NCBI RefSeq assembly: GCF_044704955.1
Contig: NC_092010.1
Span: 6,572,001-6,636,000, forward strand
DNA: 64,000 bases
Source of the DNA: Pristiophorus japonicus
Taxonomy: Eukaryota
Direction of reading: 5' to 3'
The notes beneath the pieces were generated by a model. That model worked only from the letters and a program-made list of their open reading frames with translations. It made no database searches and was not told the origin of the DNA. Numbering within the stretch: position 1 is the first letter of the stretch; each line of letters opens with the position of its first letter. The position numbers and the translations under genes are program-made. Of the stretch, positions 1-8,720 are shown one piece after another.

Positions 1-549
1 AATCCAGCTTCAGTGAGCTCAACCAATTTCTTCCTAGTAAGGCAGACTTGTCTCCTTTCACTACTATTAGAGGCAAGTTCTGAAATTGATCTTTATATTT
101 CACCGGTACGGTGATACGACGTACCACAGGAATTTTCTCTCCCGAGTAGCCTCGCAGCTCTATCTTGGATTTCTCCAGTTGGGAATCACACAATTTGTCG
201 AGGTACAGTGACTCCGGTACTATACTCACGGATGCACCCGTGTCAATTTCCATTGGTATCTTGAATCCCGCAACATCTATGTGGATTTTGATGCTTTCCG
301 AATCGCTGTCCGTTAACCTCGTGCTCCTGATGACGTGTAACTCTAATATCTCCTCGTCCTGTTGTTGTTCTTCCATGCTATGTAGTCTCTTGGGATTTCT
401 ACTCACAGCTTTGAACGCTGGACTCAAAGCTTTAAAAACTGGTTTACCCTTCAGTCGGCATGCCTTCGCAAGATACCCAGCCTTTCTGCAGAAGAAACAC
501 TCTGCCTTCACGTATGGACAACTTTGAGCAATGTGTTGTCCCAGGCACC
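1..549 (-). pseudogene. Gypsy nucleocapsid zinc knuckles plus aspartic protease (frame open to the window edge)
   Basis: Manual translation gives RCLGQHIAQSCPYVKAECFFCRKAGYLAKAC...IPMEIDTGASVSIVPES...LRGYSGEKIPV...LPLIVVKGDKSALLGRNWLSSLKLD, with DTGA at 233-244. The first knuckle lacks its first Cys and the second has Tyr in place of His. Confidence 0.85.
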
Positions 550-1214
550 TTCGACGCGCTGTTAGAATTTGCAGTTTCTGAGACTTTGGGTCCCCACCGT
601 CTTTTACCTTGAATCTGCAGGTGATTTACCTCGGTTGACTGATGACCGTAATCATTATTTAATTCTCGGGAATATTGTTCGGCCATACCCATCGACCTTG
701 CTGTCTGACAAGCAGTCTCAAAAGTCAAGTCATCCGTCGTCAATAACTTCCTTCTGTTCGCATCATTTTTCACCCCACAAACAAAATGATCCCGTAATGC
801 TCGGTTTTGAAAGTTTCCAAAATTACAGTGCATCGATAGCTTTTTTAATGCAACAATGTAATCACTGATACTTTCATTAGCCTTTTGATTCTGAATCCCG
901 AAACGATAGCTTTCAGCAATTTCTAATGGTTTGGGGTTATAGTGCTGCTCCAGCTTCATTAAAATCTCTTTCGGCGTTGTGTCCTTTGGCTCGTCAGGCA
1001 CAAGCAGATTTACAAGGGTTTCGTATAATGCCGGACCCGCCTCCGATAAGAAAATCGCTTTCTTACGTTCCAACACAGCCCGGTTCTGGACTGCATTGTC
1101 TGGAACTTCGATTATGTTATTTGCAGTGAAATACATTTCTAGCCGATCCACATACACTTTAAAACATTCCCAGTTGTGTTTATATTCCCCCAAATGTCCG
1201 ATTACACCTGCCAT
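550..1214 (-). pseudogene. gag: Gypsy gag (capsid-like region), frameshifted before the zinc knuckles
   Basis: ORF 444..1214 contains YVDRLEMYFTAN, KKAIFLSEAG, LEQHYNPKPLEIAESYRF, Q-ESISDYIVALKKLSMHCNFG and LRDHFVCG...RRKLL...LTFETA, typical of Mag-like Gag. Homology moves to another frame near 550. Confidence 0.85.
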
Positions 1215-1355
1215 TTTAATCTCTAGCTATTCTCACTGTGTGCTGTATTTTACCTCAGATTTTGTAGCTTTTTTCCAAAGACAGAAACTTCCAAGTCTCT
1301 CTGTCGGCGGGTTGAATCCTTCCCCAACAAAATTTAAGCTTTAAATCATCCGAAA

Positions 1356-1373
1356 AATCCCATCTCATCGCCA
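1356..1373 (-). promoter_or_regulatory. Primer-binding site, tRNA-Ser(GCT)-like
   Basis: Minus strand reads TGGCGATGAGATGGGATT, 2 nt after the LTR end. The complement of the tRNA-Ser(GCT) 3' end, from memory, is TGGCGACGAGGATGGGATT (one mismatch, one gap). Confidence 0.75.
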
Positions 1374-1375
1374 AA

Positions 1376-1549
1376 TGTGATTTATTCACAGAATACAGCA
1401 CACACAGCTTCCTACATGGCAGGCAGCTCTCTCGGAAGCCTCCGGAATCTGCCTGGTTCTGTTTAATTATTAACTCTGCACTTGCAGTACACAATACGTC
1501 CACATCCACAGTGTGGAGCTACAAACATTACAAGCTTATAGACATTACA
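1376..1549 (-). repeat. Putative 5' LTR (~174 bp) of the Gypsy element
   Basis: Minus strand starts TGTAATG (1549) and ends AATAAATCACA (1376), giving TG...CA termini with an imperfect inverted repeat (TGTAAT/ATCACA) and AATAAA at 1381-1386. It lies 2 bp from the PBS, and the retroviral RT frame starts immediately beyond 1549. The second LTR is outside the window; an alternative start is at 1532. Confidence 0.7.
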
Positions 1550-1550
1550 A

Positions 1551-2140
1551 TACCCAACTCTGTGGGCACAATACAAGCAAGATTGTGGATTAGCAGAGAT
1601 ATCACCCATCAAAATTCCCGGACCCGAACACAAAGCTCACCGACAGTACCCATTGAGACCCGAAGCTGAGGCAGCGGTCTGTCAGATAGTGCAGGAATTA
1701 GAGAAGCAAGGGGTAGTGAAACAGGTAATAGCCTCCACTAATTCACCTGTGTGGCTGGTAAAGAAACCCGACAGCTCTTACCGACTGACTATCGATTATA
1801 CCGCCCTGAATAAGGGGACTCCCTGAGAACACACAATAGTGGCAAGTCCGGCCACAATTTTTAATGGTCTGGATCCAAAACATAAGATATTCACCGTGCT
1901 GGATATAGTGAATGGATTTTGGGCCATACCCTTAGAGAGAGAGTCCCAGGGGAAATTTGCCTTCACCGTAATGGGAAAACAATACACATGGACCAGAGTG
2001 CCACTGGGATTCCATAATAGCCCAAGCATATTTCATAGAGTATTGTCAGGGATTTTGGAACCAATAAAGGTCGGCGAAGGATGCACCCTTTTGCAGTCTG
2101 TGGATGATATCCTTATTGCCTCCAGCACAGAACAACACGT
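1551..2140 (+). pseudogene. Reverse transcriptase pseudogene
   Basis: One frame from 1551: PTLWAQYKQDCG...RQYPLRPEAE...TNSPVWLVKKPDSSYRLTIDYTALNK, a TGA at 1824-1826, then TVLDIVNGFWAIPL...KFAFTV..KQYTWTRVPLGFHNSPSIF...LLQSVDDILIAS. The catalytic YVDD reads SVDD at 2097-2108. Confidence 0.92.
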
Positions 2141-2169
2141 ACTAGCTTCAACTACAGTGCTAGGAGCTC

Positions 2170-2345
2170 GACAAAATTGCTTAACACAGGAAGGCTAAAA
2201 CTGGTATCTGACCCGCGAAGGGCAAGGTGGGTAGCAATGCTCTTACCACCCCCGCAATGGGACGGTAACAATAAAAGACAACTGAAACAACCCTGCAGGA
2301 TGGATCATTATGGAGGGAGAAGAGCACCAGTGTAGCCCAACAGGA
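2170..2345 (+). pseudogene. Fragment of retroviral connection/tether domain
   Basis: Across frameshifts it reads GRLKLVSDPRRARWVAMLL and NNPAGWIIMEGEEHQC, resembling the R..RW and NPA...HxC motifs at the end of retroviral tethers. Confidence 0.55.
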
Positions 2346-2379
2346 GAAGACGATGCAAGTAGCCAGGCTTGAGGAGGCA

Positions 2380-2745
2380 GACATGGATCTATATGTAGAT
2401 GGGTCTCAGCGCTATATCAATGGGACAACACGGACAGGATGGGCCGTGGTAGATAGCAGTGCACAGGATAGAACGGAAGGACGGTCAGAAGCAGGTCTAT
2501 CAGCTCATGTGGCCGAATTGGTGGCTCTCACTGAAGCTCTGAGGCTGACGAGGGGAAAAAGAGTAAACATCTATATGATAGCCTGGAGCAGATAGGGAGA
2601 CATGACCTCAGGAGGAGGGCCGATTAAACATGAGGAGTTTGTTAAATTAGTGGAAGCCTCCCTCCTACCCCAGGAGTGTGCGATCAACATCAACAGAGAA
2701 ACGCATGGGCAGACGATGCAGCCAAGCGAGTGGCAGAGACAGGTA
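2380..2745 (+). pseudogene. Retroviral RNase H pseudogene
   Basis: LYVDGS (Asp at 2398-2400), TGWAVVD, SAHVAELVALTEALRL..GKRVNIY, MTSGGGPIKH...LLPQECAI, then after a frameshift NAWADDAAKRVA. The TDS motif and His loop are missing. Confidence 0.88.
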
Positions 2746-3869
2746 CACAGGCCAGGGACGGAGCTGGGAGAGGGGCCGGGGACGAAGCTGGGTGTAAGCC
2801 TGGGGGCGGAGGTGGGAGAGGGGCTCAGGGCAGAGATGGGAGAGGGGCTGGGGACAGAGCTGGGTGCAAGCCTGTGGGCGGAGCTGGGAGTGAGCCTGGG
2901 GGCGGAGCTGGGAGTGAGCCTGGGGGCGGAGCTGGGAGAGGGGCTGGGGACGGAGCTGGGTGTAAGCCTGTGGGCGGAGCTGGGAGAGGGGCTCAGTGCA
3001 GAGCTGGGAGAGGGGCTGGGGACAGAGCTGGGTGCAAGCCTGGAGGCGGAGCTGGTAGTGGGGCGTGGCAGAGCTGGGCGTGGGACCGGGGGCGGAGTTG
3101 GAAGTGGGGCTGGGGGTGGAGCTGGGTGTGGGGCTGGGGGCAGAGCTGGGGGTATGGCTGGTGGTGAGCCTGGGGGCGGAGCTGGGAGAGGGGCTGGGAG
3201 TGAGCCTGGGGGCGGAGCTGGAAGAGGTGCTAGGGGCTGAGCTGGGAGTGGGTGAGCTAGGAGTGGGGCTGGGGGCAGAGCTGGGAGTGGGGCTGGGGGC
3301 GGAGCTGGGAGTGAGCCTGGAGGCGGAGCTGGGAGTGGGGCTGAGCAGAGCTGGGCGTGGGACCAGGGGCGGATTTGGGAGTGGGGCTGGGGGTGGAGCT
3401 GGGTGTGGGGCTGGGGCGGAGCTGGGAGTGAGACTGGGGGGCAGATCTGGGAGAGGGGCTGGGAGTGAGCCTGGGGGCGGAGCTGGGAGAGGTGCTAGGG
3501 GCTGAGCTGGGAGTGGGGCTGGGGGCAGAGCTGGGAGTGGGGCTGGGGGCGGAGCTGGGAGCGAGCCTGGGGGCGGAGCTGGGAGCGGAGCTGGGTGTGT
3601 GGCTGGGGGGGGGAGCTGGGAGTGTGGCTGGGGGGGGGAGCTGGGAGTGGGGCTCTGGGCGGAGCTGGGAGAGGGGCTGGCAGCGGAGCTGGGAGTGGTG
3701 CTGGGGGCGGAGCTGGGAGTGAGCCTTAGAGCGGAGCTGGGAGAGGGGTTGGGGCGGAGATGGGAGTGAGCCTGGGGGCTGAGCTGGGAGTGTGCCTGGG
3801 TGCGGAGCTGTGAGTGGGCAGGTGCAGAGCTCGTAGTGGAGCTCTCTGCGGAGCTGGGAGAGGGGCTGG

Positions 3870-6800
3870 GGGTGGAGCTGTGAGAGGGGCTGTGGGCGGA
3901 GCTGGGAGTGGGGCTGGGGGCGGAGCTGGGCGTGGGGCTCAGGGCGGAGCTGGGAGAGGGGCTGGAGGCGGGGAAGTGAGAGGGGCTGGGGGCGGAGCTG
4001 GGAGTGAGCCTTGGGGCGGAGCTGGGATCGTGTCTGGTGGGGCAGCTGTGAGAGGGGCTGGGGGCGGAGCTGGTAGTGGGGCTGGTGGCGTAGCTGGGAG
4101 TGGGGCTGCGGGTGGAGCTGAGAGAGGGGTTGGGGTGGAGCTGGGAGTGAGCCTGGGGGGCGGAGCTGGGAGAGGGGCTGGGAGTGAGCCTGGGGGCGGA
4201 GCTGGGAGAGGTGCCAGGGGCTGAGCTGGGAGTGGGGCTGGGGGCGGAGCTGGGAGTGGGGCTGAGGGCGGAGCTGGGAGTGGGTCTGGGAGCGGAGCTG
4301 GTAGTGAGCCTGGGGGCGGAGCTGGAAGAGGGGCTGAGGACAGAGCTGGGAGTGGGGCTGGGGGCGGAGCTGGTAGTGGGGCTGGGGGCGGAGCTGGTAG
4401 TGGGGCTGGTGCCGGAGCTGGGAGAGGGGCTGTGGGCTGAGCTGGGAGTGTGCCTGGGTGCGGAGCTGTGAGTGGGGCGGGTGCGGAGCTCGCAGTGGGG
4501 CTCTGGGCGGAGCTGGGAATGGGGCTGTGGGCGGCGCTGGGCATGTGGCTGGCGGCGGAGCTGGAAGTGAGCCTTGGGGCGGAGCTGGGATTGTGTCTGG
4601 TGGGGCAGCTGTGAGAGGGGCTGGGGACGGAGCTGGTAGTGGGGCTGGGGGGCGGAGCTGGTAGTGGGGCTGGGGGGCGGAGCTGGGAGTGGGACTGGGG
4701 GTGGAGCTGAGAGAGGGCTTGGGGCGGAGCTGGGAGTGAGCCTAGGGCTGGAGCTGGGAGATGGGTTGGGGGCGGAGCTGGGAGGGAGAGGGGCTGGGGA
4801 CAGAGCTGGGAGTGGGGCTGGGGACAGAGCTGGGAGTGGGGCTGGAGGCGGAGCTGGGAGTGAGCCTGGGGGTGGAGCTGGGAATGGGGCTGGTGGCGGA
4901 GCTGGGAGTGGGGCTCAGGGCGGAGCTGGGAGTGGGGCTACGGGTGGAGCTGGGAGAGGGGCTGGAGGCGGGGAAGTGAGAGGGGCTGTGGGCGGAGCTG
5001 GGAGTGGGGCTGGGAGTGAGCCTTGGGGCAGAGCTGGGATTGTGTCTGGTGGGGCAGCTATGAGAGGGGCTGGGGGCGGAGCTGGTAGTGGGACTGGGGG
5101 CGGAGCTGGGAGTGGGGCTACGGGTGGAGCTGAGAGAGGGGTTGGGGCAGAGCTGGGAGTGAGCCTGGGGGCGGAGCTGGGAGTGGGGCTGGGGGTGGAG
5201 CTGAGAGAGGGTTTGGGGCGGAGCTGGGAGAGGGGCTGGGGAAAGAGCTTGGAGTGGGGCTGGGGACAGAGCTGGGAGTGGGGCTGGAGGCGGAGCTAGG
5301 AGTGAGCCTGGGGGTGGAGCTGGGAATGGGGCTGGGAGTGGGGCTCAGGGCGGAGCTGGGAGTGGGGCTCAGGGCGGAGCTGGGAGTGGGGCTACGGGTG
5401 GAGCTGGGAGAGGGGCTGGAGGCGGGGAAGTGAGAGGGGCTGTGGGCGGAGCTGGGAGTGGGGCTGGGAGTGAGCCTTGGGGCGGAGCTGGGATTGTGTC
5501 TGGTGGGGCAGCTGTGAAAGGGCCTGGGGGCGGAGCTGGGAGTGGGGCTGGGGGCGGAGCTGGGAGTGGGGCTGGGGGTGGAGCTGAGAGAGGGTTTGGG
5601 GCGGAGCTGGGAGATAGGTTTGGGCGGAGCTGGGAGTCGGTCTGGGGACAGAGCTGGGAGAGGGGCTGTGGGCGGAGCTGGGAGTCGGTCTGGGTCGGAG
5701 CTGGGAGTGAACCTTGGGGCGAAGCTGGAATTGTGTCTGGGGGGGCAGCTGTGAGACGGGCTGGGGCGGAGCTGGGAGTGAGCCTGGGGCTGGAGCTGGG
5801 AGAAGGGTTGGGGCGGAGCTGGGATTCAGCCTGGAGGCGGAGGTGGGAGTGGGGCTGGAGGCGGAGCTGTGAGTGAGCTAGGAGAGGAGCTGGGAGTGAG
5901 CCTGTGGGCGGAGCTGGGAGAGGGGCTGGGGGCGGAGCTGGGAGAGGGGCTGGGGGCTCAGCTGGGAGAGGGGCTGGGGGCGGAGCTGGGAGTGAGCCTG
6001 GGGGCGGAGCTGGGAGTGGGGTTGGGGGCAGAGCTGCGAGTGGGGCTGGGGCCGAAGCTGGGAGAGGGGCTGGCGGTGGAGCTGGGAGTGAGCCTGGCGG
6101 CGGAGCTGGGAGAGGGGTTGGGGGCGGGGTTGGAAGTGAGCCTTGGAGCGGGGCTGGGAGAGGGGTTGGGGGCGGAGATGGGAGTGAGCCTGGGGGCGGA
6201 GCTGGGAGTGGGGCTGTGGCCGGAGCTGGGAGAGGGGCTGGGGGCGGAGCTGCGAGTGGGGCTGGGAGCGGAGCTGGGCGAGGGGTTGGGGGCGGAGCTG
6301 GGAGTGAGCCAAGGGGCGGATCTGGGAGTGGGGCTGGGGGCGGAGCTGGGACTGAGCCTGAGGCCGGAGCTGGGAGTGAGGCTGGGTGAGGAGCTGGGAG
6401 TTGGCCTGGGGTCGGAGGTGGGAGAGGGGCTGGGGGCGGAGCTGGGCGTGAGCCTAGGGGCGGAGCTGGGAGTATGGCTGGGGGCAGAGCTGGGAGAGGG
6501 GCTGGGGGCTCAGCTGGGAGAGGGGCTGGGGGCTCAGCTGGGAGAGGGGCTGGGGTCTCAGCTGGGAGAGGGGCTGGGGGCTCAGCTGGGAGAGGGGCTG
6601 GGGGCTCAGCTGGGAGAGGGGCTGGGGTCGGAGCTGGGAGTGAGCCTGGGGGCGGAGCTGTGAGAGGGGCTGGGGGCGGAGCTGGGAGTGGGGCTGGCGG
6701 CGGAGCTGGGTGTGTGGCTGCGGGGGGGAGCTGGGAGTGGGGCTCTGGGCAGAGCTGGGAGAGGGGCTGGCGGCGGAGCTGGGAGTGGTGCTGGGGACGG

Positions 6801-8720
6801 AGCTGGGAGTGAGCCTGGGGGCGGAGCTAGGAGAAGGGTTGGGGGCGGAGCTGGGAGTGAGCCTGGGGGCTGAGCTGGGAATGGGGCTGGTTGCGGAGCT
6901 GGGAGTGGGGCTCAGGGCGGAGCTGGGAGTGGGGCTACGGGTGGAGCTGGGAGAGGGGCTGGAGGTGGGGAAGTGAGAGGGGCTGGGGGCGGAGCTGGTA
7001 GTGGGGCTGGGGGCGGAGCTGGGAGTGGGGCTGGGGGTGGAGCTGAGAGAGGGTTTGGGGCGGAGCTGGGAGATAGGTTGGGGCGGAGCTGGGAGTCGGT
7101 CTGGGTCGGAGCTGGGAGTGAGCCTTGGGGCGAAGCTGGAATTGTGTCTGGGGGGGCAGCTGTGAGCGGAGCTGGTAGTGAGCCTGGGGGTGGAGCTGGG
7201 AGTGAGCCTGGGGCTGGAGCTGGGAGAAGGGTTGGGGGCAGAGCTGGGATTCAGCCTGGAGGCGGAGGTGGGAGAGGGGCTGGAGGCGGAGCTGGGAGTG
7301 AGCTAGGGGAGGAGCTGGGAGTGAGCCTGGTTCTGAGCTGGGAGAGGGGCTGGGGGCGGAGCTGGGAGCGGGGCTGGGGGCGGAGCTGGGAGAGGGGCTG
7401 GGGGCTCAGCTGGGAGAGGGGCTGGGGGCGGAGCTGGGAGTGAGCCTGGGGGCGGAGCTGGGAGTGGGATTGGGGGCAGAGCTGGGACTGAGCCTGAGGC
7501 CGGAGCTGGGAGTGAGGCTGGGTGAGGAGCTGGGAGTTGGCCTGGGGTCGGAGGTGGGAGAGGGGCTGGGGGCGGAGCTGGGCGTGAGCCTAGGGGCGGA
7601 GCTGGGAGTATGGCTGGGGGCTCAGCTGGGAGAGGGGCTGGGGGCGGAGCTGGGAGAGGGGCTGGGGGCTCAGCTGGGAGAGGGGCTGGGGGCGGAGCTG
7701 GGAGTGAGCCTGGGGGCGGAGCTGTGAGAGGGGCTGGGGCGGAGCTGGGAGTGGGGCTGGGGGCGGAGCTGGGTGTGTGGCTGAGGGGGGGAGCTGGGAG
7801 TGGGGCTCTGGGCGGAGCTGGGAGAGGGGCTGGCGGCGGAGCTGGGAGTGGTGCTGGGGGCGGAGCTGGGAGTGAGCCTGGGGGCGGAGCTAGGAGAAGG
7901 GTTGGGGGCGGAGCTGGGAGTGAGCCTTGGAGCGGAGCTGGGAGAGGGGTTGGGGCGGAGATGGGAGTGAGCCTGGGGGCTGAGCTGGGAGTGTGCCTGG
8001 GTGCGGAGCTGTGAGAGGGGCGGGTGCAGAGCTCGTAGTGGGGCTTTCTGCGAAGCTGGGAGAGGGGCTGGGGGTGGAGCTGTGAGAGGGGCTGTGGACG
8101 GAACTGGGAGTGGGGCTGGGGGCGGAGCTGGGAGTGGGGCTCAGGGCGGAGCTGGGAGAGGGGCTGGAGGCGGGGAAGTGTGAGGGGCTGGGGGCGGAGC
8201 TGGGAGTGAGCCTTGGGGCGGAGCTGGGATTGTGTCTGGTGGGGCAGCTGTGAGAGGGGCTGGGGGCGGAGCTGGTAGTGGGGCTGGTGGCGTAGCTGGG
8301 AGTCGGGCTGCGGGTGGAGCTGAGAGAGGGGTTGGGGTGGAGCTGGGAGTGAGCCTGGGGGGCGGAGCTGGGAGAGGGGCTGGGAGTGAGCCTGGGGGCG
8401 GAGCTGGGAGAGGTGCCAGGGGCTGAGCTGGGAGTGGGGCTGGGGGCGGAGCTGGGAGTGGGGCTGAGGGCGGAGCTGGGAGTGGGTCTGGGAGCGGAGC
8501 TGGGAGTGAGCCTGGGGGCGGAGCTGGGAGAGGGGCTGAGGACAGAGCTGGGAGTGGGGCTGGGGGCGGAGCTGGTAGTGGGGCTGGGGGCGGAGCTGGT
8601 AGTGGGGCTGGTGGCGGAGCTGGGAGAGGGGCTGGAGGCGGAGCTGGGAGTGTGCCTGGGTGCGGAGCTGTGAGTGGGGCGGGTGCGGAGCTCGCAGTGG
8701 GGCTCTGGGCGGAGCTGGGA
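3870..8720 (+). repeat. Dispersed higher-order block within the array (~3870-4520 recurs at ~8070-8720)
   Basis: Matching ORF markers 4184/8386 and 4458/8660 are both offset by 4202. Related copies occur near 11593 and 52601. Confidence 0.75.

Larger units (their letters stand above)
1..1549 (-). mobile_element. Ty3/Gypsy LTR retrotransposon (Mag/K02A2.6-like), 5' portion, decayed; continues off the left edge
   Basis: On the minus strand the order is LTR (TG...CA), PBS, gag ORF, two Cys/His knuckles, then an aspartic protease motif (IDTGA...LLGRNWL). Gag running directly into protease with twin knuckles is typical of Mag-clade Gypsy elements. Confidence 0.88.
1551..2745 (+). mobile_element. 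pol: Endogenous retrovirus pol remnant (RT - tether - RNase H)
   Basis: Collinear retroviral RT, connection/tether and RNase H motifs, disrupted by stops, frameshifts and deletions. A tether followed by a host-type RNase H is the vertebrate retrovirus layout. Confidence 0.88.

Noticed and set aside
1356-1373. tRNA gene
   Set aside because: Only ~18 nt match a tRNA 3' end, including CCA, next to an LTR. This is a primer-binding site, not a cloverleaf.
165-2384. Short ORFs antisense to or overlapping the retroelement genes (165-527, 569-868, 926-1129, 979-1344, 1255-1509, 1796-2029, 2181-2384)
   Set aside because: They are shadow frames of gag, protease, LTR and pol with no recognisable motifs.
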